A DNA stretch of 64,000 nucleotides from Acidobacteriota bacterium (lineage in GTDB: Bacteria; Acidobacteriota; UBA890; WLXD01). The position numbers were made by a program, and so were the translations under genes. The stretch lies in contig CBDBHB010000008.1 of assembly GCA_965205505.1 (NCBI GenBank), positions 64,001 through 128,000 of the forward strand, given 5' to 3'. The notes under the pieces are model-generated. The model saw only the letters and a program-made list of their open reading frames with translations. It was not told the origin of the DNA and made no database searches. This document shows, one piece after another, positions 1 through 9,130 of this stretch (its first letter is position 1; every line of letters starts with the position of its first letter).

Positions 1-2
1 CT

Positions 3-221
3 AGGGCCGGCACCCTACGGTGCGTCGAGGGGCTCGCCGCAGCGCGCTCGGTAAAGGGTATCGACGAGGTCAAGATCTCGATCCTGAGAGGCCAGGCGGT
101 AGTGCCCCTGCCGGAAGGAAATCGGTACCTGGGATTCATTTTTGCGCGGGCGGCAGAGCCATCCGATGTTGAAGCCGCGCTGCGCTGCGCACACGCCCAA
201 CTGCGCTTCGCGATTGACTAG
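3..221 (+). CDS. ATP-grasp domain protein, C-terminal end (partial; runs off the window start)
   Basis: Manual translation of frame 3 gives ...VEGLAAARSVKGIDEVKISILRGQAVVPLPEGNRYLGFIFARAAEPSDVEAALRCAHAQLRFAID*, which resembles the C-terminal domain of ATP-grasp L-amino-acid-ligase-like proteins. Absent from the ORF track because it has no start codon in the window. Confidence 0.7.
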   Translation, partial: RAGTLRCVEGLAAARSVKGIDEVKISILRGQAVVPLPEGNRYLGFIFARAAEPSDVEAALRCAHAQLRFAID

Positions 222-238
222 CGAGCTCGCTGTGCGGC

Positions 239-856
239 TTACTTTCCAGGCGAGAAGTACGGGTTTGTTCCGGACGCGTGATCGGTCGTATCGAGCACCT
301 CGAGCACGTCCGGGATCTCGTCTTTCAGAACCCGCTCAATACCCTGCTTGAGGGTCACATCGACCATGCCGCAGCCCTGGCATCCACCTCCCAGCTTCAG
401 GTAGACGCGGCCGTCTTCGTAGTCGATCAGCGAGACCCAGCCGCCATGACTGGCAACACCGGGATTGATCCGCTCTTCGAGAATCTGCTGTACCTTGGCG
501 GCCACCGGATCCTGCATCAGGGGCGGGAGGTTGGGGTTGTCGACTACGAAGCCGCTGCCGCGAACATCGTCGACGAAATCCACCTCGCTGCCTTGCATGT
601 ACATGAGCGAGAACTGATCGACGAGTAGCTCGACGCCACCTTGCGACAATACCTCGTCGCCGCCATGGCGCTCATCGAACGTAAAGCCATATTCGTAGGC
701 CGCCTTGCTGCCGCCCTGAATAAATATCCGCAGGTACTTGCCGGCAGCCTCGTCGTGCTGCGCGGCGAACTCGGTAACTTTGGTAATCGCCGCGTCCGTC
801 AACCGGACCGGCGGCGAAGTCACTTCGGCGGCACGCTGATCGGATGATTCCATCAC
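239..856 (-). CDS. nfuA: Fe-S cluster carrier NfuA (degenerate A-type domain plus NifU C-terminal domain)
   Basis: N-terminal IscA/HesB-like region (LTDAA...YGFTFD...VDF...GSGFVVDNPN); C-terminal INPGVASHGG...GGGCQGC...TLKQGIE...DTTDH. Confidence 0.88.
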   Translation of the reverse strand: MMESSDQRAAEVTSPPVRLTDAAITKVTEFAAQHDEAAGKYLRIFIQGGSKAAYEYGFTFDERHGGDEVLSQGGVELLVDQFSLMYMQGSEVDFVDDVRGSGFVVDNPNLPPLMQDPVAAKVQQILEERINPGVASHGGWVSLIDYEDGRVYLKLGGGCQGCGMVDVTLKQGIERVLKDEIPDVLEVLDTTDHASGTNPYFSPGK

Positions 857-888
857 TCCCTACCCGGGTCGGAGGCTCGTTGACAAGG

Positions 889-917
889 AGTCTAGCACCC
901 CCGAGCGGTGCTACAAT
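889..917. promoter_or_regulatory. Back-to-back extended -10 boxes for nfuA (TGcTAGACT, minus) and the NTT-like operon (TGcTACAAT, plus)
   Basis: TGCTACAAT at 909-917 on +, TGCTAGACT on - at 889-897, in a divergent intergenic region. Confidence 0.45.
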
Positions 918-1039
918 CGCGCGCCTCGGCCCGCAAGGAGCCCAGGCCCGCGAGGAGACGTGAACCTAGACCCGTTACCGATTCGCTGGCGTAGGTTTAG
1001 CGAATCCGTTGTCAGGGTGGTAGCCGAAGCGAAGACAGC

Positions 1040-3369
1040 ATGAACCCGCTGTTGGCGCTTGCTCGCTGGCTCGACGTCCGGCCGCACCAGTATCGGACGT
1101 TCTCGGTATCGGCTTTGGGCGCTTTCTTGGTCATGTCGTTCAGTATCTCCGCGCGCTCCCTTCGCGAAGCCTTCTTCATCGACGAGTTTGCGGTCGAGTC
1201 GCTGCCGTACGTGATCGTTCTCACGGCGCTCGTCAGCCTACCCTCGGTCGGCGCGTTCAGTCGCCTGATGGCTCACCACGAGCCCGAGGCCGTCTACCAG
1301 AGGCTGATCTCGATGCTCATCGCGGGCCTTGTTGTGCTCTGGATTCTCAACTCGTTGGTAAGCGAACCCGGCCCCGTCGATGTGTCTCGTCCACCCGAAG
1401 TGTCCCCCCTGTTGGACGGTCTCAGTATAGTTGCGTTCTACGTATTCACGGCGCTGGGAACGCTGCTCCTCACCTCAGGGTTCTGGGTGGTTACCTCGGA
1501 GCGGTTCGCGCTGCGTGACGCCAAGCGCCTGTTCGGAATGATCGGTGCGGGTGGAACGTTGGGCGCCTTGCTCGCGGGCATCTCACTGGGCTCCCTGGGA
1601 CGGATTGTCGGCAACAGCGGGCTCGTGCTGGGCTTGATAGTCACGCTTGGCGCTCTGCTGCTGTTGCTTCGTTGGCTGCCAGAGCCCAGCGCCACTCGGC
1701 ACCGCGCGACGTCGACAGTCCGGCGGCAAGCGAAAGCTTGGCGCTAGTCGCGCGCAACCCACATCTGCGAAACATGGCGATGATCGTGGCGGTGGCCACC
1801 TTCGCGTCGGGCCTGATCGACTACCAGTTCAAGGAGGCTGCCGGCGCCGTTTATACCGACGATGCGGACCTGGCGGCGTTCTTCGGTACGTTCTACGGCA
1901 TCAGCGGCGTGGCGGCGTTGGCGATCCAGATGCTGGTGGCATCGCGTCTGCTCAGCATCGGCGGTATCAGCGTCAGCCTGGCGGTATTGCCGATCTTCCT
2001 CCTCACCGGCTCCGCGGCGCTGTTCTTTCTGCCTGGACTGATCACCGCTACCGTGGTCCGCGGCGCCGACAACACGCTGCGGAAATCGGTTCACAGATCG
2101 GTGTTGGAGTACCTCTACGTCCCCGTTCCCAGCGGCGAGCGGCGCCAAACGAAGACGTTTATCGACTCGTTCGTCGACAGCGCCGCCGAGGGCATCGCAG
2201 CGGTGGTGATCTTCGCCTGGGTGGTTTTCGCCGGGCTTCCGTCGCGCGGCCTCGCCATCGTCGTGGCCGTGTCCGCAGTGGCGTTCCTGGTGCTGGCAAA
2301 GAGCATGGGGGCAGAGTACTTCCGCACCCTGCTCGACAGACTCAAGGAGGGCCAGGACAGCATCGAGGACTCCCTTGTGCAGACCCAGTTCGCAGGCGGC
2401 GAGATGACAATGACGGTGACGCAGTTCGACCTCAAGGCGGCGTTGACCCAGACAGGCATGACGATGCCCCTCGCAGCGAGGTCGGAGTCGGAGCACCAGC
2501 CGGCGACAGCGCTGCCCGAGCGCGCCGCTACCTCCTTGGAGCGCATCATCGGCGGCGACCCGACGGTGATCTCGGCGACGCTCGACGACGCTGACGATTG
2601 GAGCGCCGCTCATGTAGAGGCGCTGATCCGACTTCTCGCCCGTGATGCCTTCTACCGACGAGCCTGTCGTATCCTGAGCAGCCTCGGCGAGGACGCCATC
2701 GAACCTCTGGCCGAGCTGCTGCTGGATCCGGCTGCCGATTTCGTCATCCGACGGCGCATTCCCCGCGTTCTCGCCGCGATGGAGCTGCCGCGTGCCCACG
2801 ACGCGCTTCTCGACGGGTTGGCGAGCGACCGCTTCGAGGTGCGTTACCGAAGCGGCGTAGCGCTGGCGCGTCGACGGAAGAACCAGCGCGTCGCCGCTGA
2901 ACACGGCGGCGCCGACCGAGTCTGGAGCGCGGTGCGCACCGAGGTGGGCCGGGATCGACCGATCTGGGAGCTACAACGGCTTCTAGGTGATCGACCCGCC
3001 CAGGACGATTTCGTCAGCGATCGGGTATACGGTCGCGGGGAGCTTTCGCTCGAGCACACGTTCCGGCTTCTGTCGTTGGTCCTCGAGCCCGACCCGATCC
3101 GTACGGCATTTCACGGCATCGTCCTGGACGACGACAAGCTCAAGAGCATCTCGCTGGAGTACTTGGAGGTGCTCCCGCCAGACATTCGCACACGCCTATG
3201 GCCCTTCATCGGCGATCTCAGCGAGCACCAGCGGCGCGTCAGCGCGCGGGGCATGGATGCGGTTGTTGCCGCTCTACTGCGTACCGGCTCCACACTCTTC
3301 GGGGACGACACGGCGCGGGATCAGCTACGGCAGGCGCTCGAGGCGGACGATTCGATCGATGACTTCTAG
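1040..3369 (+). CDS. Npt1/Npt2 (TLC ATP/ADP-translocase-like) MFS transporter fused to HEAT-like repeats; frameshifted near 1690-1740
   Basis: ORF 1040-1747 has TM helices and FWVVTSERFALRDAKRLFGMIGAGGTLG. ORF 1672-3369 continues with LIDYQFK, RKSVHRSVLEYLYVPVP...KTFID, then a HEAT-like region (FVIRRRIPRVL, RFEVRYRSG). The halves are colinear parts of one protein. Confidence 0.75.
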
Positions 3370-4032
3370 CAGGGTTGATCTCTACTTCGACTTCGTCTCT
3401 CCATATTCGTATCTGTTGCTGGCACAGGCTGCCGAGTTCGGCGAACACCATGGCGTGGAATGGCGGCTACAGCCAGTCGTGTATGGTGCCCTGGTCAACC
3501 ACACTGGCCTGGTCGGCCCGATTGAGGTTGAAGTCAAGCGACAGTACACCTTTGCCGACATACGACGTAGCGCAGCGCTACTCGGGATTCCGTTGGTCGG
3601 CCCTCCGACGCACCCCTTTCGATCATCGAGGCGTTGCGAGCCGTGTGCCTGTATGCCGCGGACCCGCATTGCCTGGACTTGTCGACTGCCTTGGCCGACG
3701 CGTGGTGGGGTGCCGGCCGCGACCTCGCCGACCTCGGTGCGCTGGCAGACGTTGTTGCAGAAACCGGCCTCGACACCAGCAACCTGGCGGCGCGACTGTC
3801 CGCCACCGAGACGAAGAATCGGTTGCGAGAATCGACCTCACAAGCTATCGAGCGAGGCGTCTTCGGGGTGCCTACCTGTCGCCTCGGCGATGAGCTGTTC
3901 TGGGGCCATGATCGCCTACCGCACCTTGCCGCGCGGATCGCCGGTAAGATCCCGGACCCGCTCGCGGAACTCGAACAATTACTCGAGCGCCCGCGAGGCG
4001 CCGAACGCAGGCCCGGCAAGACGGGACGCTAG
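3359..4032 (+). CDS. 2-hydroxychromene-2-carboxylate isomerase / GST-kappa (DsbA-like) protein; frameshift near 3623
   Basis: MTSSRVDLYFDFVSPYSYL...KRQYTFADIRR...HPFRS, then the other frame continues IEALRAV...AIERGVFGVPT...ELFWGHDRL; one base appears to be missing. Confidence 0.8.
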
Positions 4033-4307
4033 TGCTCCTGATCATAAGTACGGTGACGTTTGCAGGAGCGAGATGCGGGCGAGATCAAGGAAGGGTGAGG
4101 AAGGCGATGCCTTAGCCATCCTCGACGAGCCCTGACGCCGAGATCGCCCGCCTATCGCTCCTGCCCTCCGGGTGGCCGCGGGACCGGCCACCTTGGGCGT
4201 CGCGGCGTCTCGACGATACACCCAGCATCGCCCTCGTCGCCGCTCCTACAATTCGCCCCGGTCGCGCGCGCCACAAACGTCACCGTACTTATGATCAGGA
4301 GCACTAG
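4029..4307. mobile_element. 279-bp MITE-like element (type A ends) with two inverted hairpin modules
   Basis: Perfect 34-bp inverted repeats CTAGTGCTCCTGATCATAAGTACGGTGACGTTTG at 4029-4062 and 4274-4307; no credible coding capacity; internal hairpins 4062-4164 and 4172-4274. Confidence 0.85.
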
Positions 4308-4351
4308 TGGCCTGTAACAGATGATCGTCGCTTATTGTGGCGAGCGCGATC
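4304..4351 (+). repeat. Truncated type C end of the same element family, sharing the CTAG of the preceding element
   Basis: TAGTGGCCTGTAACAGATGATCGTCGCTTATTGTGGCGAGCGCGATC matches 20198-20244 at 40/47 positions (manual alignment). Confidence 0.75.
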
Positions 4352-5141
4352 AGTCGCCGCGCGACACCGAGTCGATCAGTTCATCGAGCTCCTGCCGACG
4401 ACCGACGAGCTCCGCCAGTAGAGCTTCCTGGCGGCGCGTCAGCTCGTCGAAGATGACCTCGATCTGCAGCAACGGTCCACCCACGGCACGTTGCAACGCC
4501 TCCGCGTCCTTGGCATCGACCACGGCGCGCAATTTCTCGCTCAGGCGCGTGACCAGGGTAAGAGCCTCGACCACATGCTCGAGCGCTTCGCCCATACCCT
4601 GCCAGCGGTGCAGATCGTCGCTGCGCACCTCCGCCGCCGCTGCTCGCTGCTGATCCTGCGTCGTACGCAGCGCCTCGAGGCCCGCCTCGAGCTGCGCTGC
4701 CGCATGCTCTTGGACACGCTCGAGGGCCCCGCCGACCTCCTTACGCAGCGCCACGATGTCGCTTTGCAGATCGGCCAGCGCATGCTCGACCGTACCCTGG
4801 CGCTGGTCGAGCGTCGGCAGTAGATCGCCAATCAGCCAGTTGGCTAGCCAGCCTCGCAAGCCGGCGGACGGAAGCTCCCACCCTGCCCGTTCCGTGGGCC
4901 TCGCCGGCCTCGCAGTGGACGCCATCAGCGGCGCCTGCGCCGCACCTACTTTGTCTTCAGTGACGGGGGGATCGTCGGACGCATCTTCGGCCGACGCCAG
5001 CGCGAAGCGATCGAGCAGAGCGCGCAGGCTGTCGGCGCGAACCTCGAACCGGTGCATGCATTCCAGATACTCCGCCTCGACGGCGACACGCGCAGCCTCC
5101 AGGGCATCAAGCTTGGCGGCAACACGGGGCTCTTCAGCCAT
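4350..5141 (-). CDS. Hypothetical coiled-coil protein
   Basis: 263-aa ORF rich in A/E/L/R with long helical stretches; overlaps the stop of the upstream glycerate kinase gene. Confidence 0.7.
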   Translation of the reverse strand: MAEEPRVAAKLDALEAARVAVEAEYLECMHRFEVRADSLRALLDRFALASAEDASDDPPVTEDKVGAAQAPLMASTARPARPTERAGWELPSAGLRGWLANWLIGDLLPTLDQRQGTVEHALADLQSDIVALRKEVGGALERVQEHAAAQLEAGLEALRTTQDQQRAAAAEVRSDDLHRWQGMGEALEHVVEALTLVTRLSEKLRAVVDAKDAEALQRAVGGPLLQIEVIFDELTRRQEALLAELVGRRQELDELIDSVSRGD

Positions 5142-6516
5142 GCGATGGTGCTCCTACCAGAACGATCTGTAGATCCATCACGTTGGTCCTCGTAGGACCG
5201 GTACGAACGAGATCACCTAGCTCCTCGAAGAACGTATACGAGTCGTTGTCCAACAGGAAATCATCGGCATCCAACGCCCGCGTCCGCGCCCGATCGACGG
5301 TTCTACCATCAGCAAAGGCGCCGGCCGCATCGGTAGGGCCATCGGTGCCATCCGTGCCGACGGCAACGAAGGTCACCGCGTCGGTGCCCTCGAGATGTAT
5401 CGCCGCCGCCAGTGCAGCCTCCTGATTACGGCCGCCGCGCCCCGTTCCGCTCAACGTTACCGTGGTTTCGCCGCCCGCCAGCAAACAAATCGGCGCTCCG
5501 TCGGTGACGACGCATGCCGCACCGACAGCGGCCAGGCAACGTCCCACAGATCGTGCTTCCCCCTGTAGCGTCGCCGTCAGTACGAACGGCCGATAGCCGA
5601 GATCTGTGGCCTGGGCTACGGCTGCTGAGAGAGCCCGGGTATTGTCACCGACCACCACACTGCACGCGCGCTCGAAGACTGGCGAACCCGGTGCGGGCGT
5701 CTCCTGGATATCTCCACACGCGCCGCGGCTGAGGTGTTCGAGAACGGACGCCGGGAGGCGGTCACCGAGTCCGTAGCTCTCGACCACCGCGATGCAATCG
5801 GCAAAGCTCGTGGGATCGGGCACGGTGGGTCCGGAGCCGATCGCCGTGAGCTCGTTGCCGACCACGTCTGACAGCATCAGGGTCAGCAGCGCGGCCGGAT
5901 GGGCCACCTCGGCTAGCCGGCCGCCCTTTACCGCCGATAGGTGCTTGCGGATCGCGTTGACGCTATCGATCGGCGCCCCCGAGGCGAGCAGTGCTTCAGT
6001 GGTTCGCTGCAGTTGTTCGAGCCCGATTCCCGCCGCCGGTTGAACCATCAGCGCCGACGCCCCGCCCGAGACAAGGCACACGACCAGGTCGTCTTCGCCG
6101 GCGGCTGAGACCAGACGCAATAGCTCGGCAGTTGCCGTTAACCCGCGCATGTCGGGAACAGGATGGCTCGCCTCGTAGACGCGAATGTGCTGCAGTGGCA
6201 GCCTGTGCCCTTCCTTGGTAATCACCATTCCGTCGGCGATGCGCGACCCGAAAAGACGTTCCACCGCCGCCGCCATTGGCGCGGTGGCCTTGCCGGCGCC
6301 TACGACGAGCAGGCGGCCCCGCGGAAGGGCCGTCGAGCTGCTGCCAACACGCAGCAGCGAGCTTTCACCCTGCCGGCTGCCACACAACTGCAGCTGCTCG
6401 TCGACGATGCGCTCACCGTCCACCGAGGCAATCGCCGCACCGAGAATGGCGCGCGCGTGTGTCCGGTGACGGCGACAAGCTCTATGGATGCCGTCGTCGC
6501 TGCCGGCCGGAGTCAA
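5134..6516 (-). CDS. Glycerate 2-kinase (DUF4147/MOFRL family)
   Basis: VVGAGKA, ASHPVPD, LVSGGASAL, IRKHLSAVKGGRL, SDVVG...IGSGPT, GGETTV, GGRNQE, GTDGTDGPTDAAGA, TGPTRTNVMD. Confidence 0.92.
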   Translation of the reverse strand: MTPAGSDDGIHRACRRHRTHARAILGAAIASVDGERIVDEQLQLCGSRQGESSLLRVGSSSTALPRGRLLVVGAGKATAPMAAAVERLFGSRIADGMVITKEGHRLPLQHIRVYEASHPVPDMRGLTATAELLRLVSAAGEDDLVVCLVSGGASALMVQPAAGIGLEQLQRTTEALLASGAPIDSVNAIRKHLSAVKGGRLAEVAHPAALLTLMLSDVVGNELTAIGSGPTVPDPTSFADCIAVVESYGLGDRLPASVLEHLSRGACGDIQETPAPGSPVFERACSVVVGDNTRALSAAVAQATDLGYRPFVLTATLQGEARSVGRCLAAVGAACVVTDGAPICLLAGGETTVTLSGTGRGGRNQEAALAAAIHLEGTDAVTFVAVGTDGTDGPTDAAGAFADGRTVDRARTRALDADDFLLDNDSYTFFEELGDLVRTGPTRTNVMDLQIVLVGAPSHG

Positions 6517-7046
6517 TACTTCAGGACGGAGTGCACTTCGATCTCTTCGAGGTGCTTTCGCCCGTCCAGGAAGGTGAGCTCGATGAGCACCGCAACGCCG
6601 AGCACCTCCGCGTCGAGGCGACGTACGAGCTCGACGGCGGCTCGTGCCGTCCCACCGGTGGCGAGAAGATCGTCAACAACCAACACCCGCTGATCGGGGC
6701 GCAGGGCGTCGCGATGGATCTCGAGGCTGTCGGAGCCGTACTCGAGGTCGTAGTGAGCGCGCTCTGTGGCGGCCGGCAGCCGCCCTGGCTTGCGCATCAA
6801 CGCCAGGCCACAATCCAGCTCCAGCGCCATGGCGGCGCCGAACGGAAAACCGCGCGATTCGACCGCCGCGAGCATCTGCGGTCGCCGCTCGCGGAACGGC
6901 TCGCACAGCGCCTGTACCGCCACCCGGAAGGCACTGCCGTCCTTGAGCAGCGTGGTGATGTCCTTGAAGACGATCCCTGGCGTCGGGAAGTCGGGAACGT
7001 CGCGTATCAACCCGCGCAGCAGGGTGTCAGCGGCAGAAAGGTCCAT
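6513..7046 (-). CDS. apt: Adenine phosphoribosyltransferase
   Basis: IRDVPDFPTPGIVFKDIT, ESRGF, RKPGRLP, YDLEYG, VVDDLLATGGT. Start set at ATG 7046 (ORF track starts at 7067). Confidence 0.95.
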   Translation of the reverse strand: MDLSAADTLLRGLIRDVPDFPTPGIVFKDITTLLKDGSAFRVAVQALCEPFRERRPQMLAAVESRGFPFGAAMALELDCGLALMRKPGRLPAATERAHYDLEYGSDSLEIHRDALRPDQRVLVVDDLLATGGTARAAVELVRRLDAEVLGVAVLIELTFLDGRKHLEEIEVHSVLKY

Positions 7047-7100
7047 CGATGTGGAACCGATGAGCACAGCGCGGCAACCGCCGCGTCAAGCATTAAAGGA

Positions 7101-7178
7101 TGGTCGGGGCGGGGAGATTTGAACTCCCGACCTCACGGACCCGAACCGTGCGCGCTATCCAAGCTGCGCTACGCCCCG
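7101..7178 (-). tRNA. tRNA-Pro (anticodon CGG), CCA encoded
   Basis: Reverse complement CGGGGCGTAGCGCAGCTTGGATAGCGCGCACGGTTCGGGTCCGTGAGGTCGGGAGTTCAAATCTCCCCGCCCCGACCA folds as a cloverleaf. Confidence 0.95.
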
Positions 7179-7219
7179 ACACGAAAACCCCAGGCGGAAG
7201 GCGAGTGTAGCATGGACCA

Positions 7220-8221
7220 ATGTCCGACAATGTGCCGACCACCACTACCTCTCCTGGCCCTTCACCGAGCGCTTTCCCGTTGCGCGCGGCCATCGGTGGG
7301 CTCCTCATGGGGGTGGCCAACCTCGTCCCTGGCATCAGCGGCGGGACGATGCTGCTGGCCGCCGGTGTCTACGGCGAGTTCATCGACGCGGTGGCCGATA
7401 TCTCCCGATTGCGCTGGCGGCGGGCCTCCCTACTGCTGGTGCTGCTCGTCGGCGGCACGGCGGCGCTCGGCATCGCCCTCCTGGCCGGACCGGTCAGAGA
7501 TCTCGTCGTGCACCACCGGTGGATCATGTACTGCCTGTTCGTCGGCCTGACAATTGGCGGCATTCCGGCGCTGTGGCGACTTGCCCGGCCGGGATCGCTG
7601 CCACTCTGGGTGGGTGTAGCCGCAGGGGTTGGCGGCATGGCGGCGCTGGGTATCGCGCAACGCAGCGTCGCGGCGACAAGCGCCGCCGGCGGCGGATTCG
7701 TTCCGCTTGTCATCGCCGGCGCGGCAGGCGCCGCCTCGATGATCTTGCCGGGCATCAGCGGCGGCTACCTGCTGCTCGTTCTCGGTCAGTACGTGCACAT
7801 CCTGACCGCCATCGAGCGTGGCATCGACGCGGTGCGCAGCGCCGACCTCGCCGGACTCGCGGACCCTGTGGTCGGGGTATTCCTACCGTTGGGACTCGGG
7901 ATCCTGATCGGTGTTGCGTTGATCAGCAACCTGCTTCGCTACTTGTTGCACCGGCATCGTTCCGCCACGCTCGGCGTGTTGCTGGGGCTGCTCGCTGGCG
8001 TCGTTGCCGGCCTTTGGCCGTTCCAGGAGGCGGTCGAGCCGCCCCTGGGGACGAGCATCCAGGGTGTTGTGGTTACGCCGGAGAACCTCCGGCACATCGA
8101 CCGCTCCGGTTGGCCCGTCGAGTCGTTTCGGCCATCCTCGAGTCAGGCCGCCGCAGGCCTGTTGCTGGTGCTGAGTGGCACCGCTGTCACGCTCGTGGTC
8201 TCGAGGCTCGGGGACAGCTGA
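7220..8221 (+). CDS. DUF368 family membrane protein (undecaprenyl-phosphate translocase family)
   Basis: Duplicated signature GVANLVPGISGGT ... AASMILPGISGGYLLLVLGQY, multiple TM helices, C-terminal WPF. Confidence 0.88.
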   Translation: MSDNVPTTTTSPGPSPSAFPLRAAIGGLLMGVANLVPGISGGTMLLAAGVYGEFIDAVADISRLRWRRASLLLVLLVGGTAALGIALLAGPVRDLVVHHRWIMYCLFVGLTIGGIPALWRLARPGSLPLWVGVAAGVGGMAALGIAQRSVAATSAAGGGFVPLVIAGAAGAASMILPGISGGYLLLVLGQYVHILTAIERGIDAVRSADLAGLADPVVGVFLPLGLGILIGVALISNLLRYLLHRHRSATLGVLLGLLAGVVAGLWPFQEAVEPPLGTSIQGVVVTPENLRHIDRSGWPVESFRPSSSQAAAGLLLVLSGTAVTLVVSRLGDS

Positions 8222-9022
8222 TCATTCCGTCCGAAATTCGGCGTCGAGACCGGGTTCCCAGCCTCGCCGGATGCGCTCCAGGAAGGGGCGATGCGTCAGG
8301 TCGAGGTGCAGCGGGCTGATCGATACGTAGCCGCTCTTCACCGCGGTGTAGTCAGTATCCTCGGGCTGTTCCATCGCCGTGGCCTCTCCGCTACCGACCC
8401 AGTAGCTGACGCGGCCGCGCGGGCTGACTGCCTCGTGCACGACCTGATCGTAGAGGTGCTTTCCCTGACGGGTGCAGCGCACCCCACGCACTGGATTGGC
8501 CGGCACGTTGACGTTGAGCAGAATATCGTCGGGTAGTCCCTCGGTGAGTATCCGGTCAGCGATCCGCCGGGCCACCCGGCACGAAGTGTCCCAGCAGAAG
8601 GTCGCCGCACCGTCCTGCCCACCTTCCCGGCTCGCCTGCTCCACCTGCGAGATGGCTATCGAGTGAATCCCCAAGATCGTCCCCTCTAGCGCCGCGGCCA
8701 CGGTACCCGAATACGTCACGTCGTCGCCGATGTTGCCGCCACGGTTGATTCCCGACGCAACGAGGTCGGGCTTGCGCTCGAGAACACGCAGCGCCCCGAG
8801 GTAGACACAGTCGGCCGGCGTTCCATCGACCGTGTATATACCGGGGTCGATGCGCCGCAGGGCCACCGGCCGATGCAGCGTAAGGGCGTGCGAGGCGGCG
8901 CTCTTCTCGCGGTCGGGAGCCACGACCGTCACCTCGCCAAGCGGGCGCAGAGCGTCAGCGAGAGCATGCAGCCCCGGCGAGTGGATTCCATCGTCGTTGG
9001 TAACGAGTATCGACTTGTTCAC
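8222..9022 (-). CDS. surE: 5'/3'-nucleotidase SurE
   Basis: ILVTNDDGIHSPG, SAASHALT, VDGTPADC, SGINRGGN...YSGTVAAA. Confidence 0.95.
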   Translation of the reverse strand: MNKSILVTNDDGIHSPGLHALADALRPLGEVTVVAPDREKSAASHALTLHRPVALRRIDPGIYTVDGTPADCVYLGALRVLERKPDLVASGINRGGNIGDDVTYSGTVAAALEGTILGIHSIAISQVEQASREGGQDGAATFCWDTSCRVARRIADRILTEGLPDDILLNVNVPANPVRGVRCTRQGKHLYDQVVHEAVSPRGRVSYWVGSGEATAMEQPEDTDYTAVKSGYVSISPLHLDLTHRPFLERIRRGWEPGLDAEFRTE

Positions 9023-9036
9023 AACGGATCTTGTTC

Positions 9037-9083
9037 AGTCGGGGCGGGGAGATTCGAGCTCTTGGCCCACTGACCCCAGTCAG
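9037..9083 (-). repeat. Degenerate direct repeat of the 3' half of tRNA-Pro(GGG) (att-like site)
   Basis: AGTCGGGGCGGGGAGATTCGAGCTCTTGGCCCACTGACCCCAGTCAG aligns to 10303-10350 at 40/48 positions (7 mismatches, 1 gap). Confidence 0.8.
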
Positions 9084-9130
9084 TAGACTTTGGTCCTGGG
9101 CGGGCAGCGTGGAGGTGTTCTCGGTGATCG

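Noticed and set aside
893-913. TAGCACC-N7-GGTGCTA inverted repeat resembling CIRCE
   Set aside because: Spacing is 4 nt shorter than CIRCE (TTAGCACTC-N9-GAGTGCTAA); better explained by two divergent TGcTA -10 boxes.
960-1040. Possible SRP RNA or c-di-AMP riboswitch (GAATCCGTTGTCAGG)
   Set aside because: Lacks the SRP GGAA/AGCAG domain IV and the ydaO conserved blocks; kept only as an unnamed leader.
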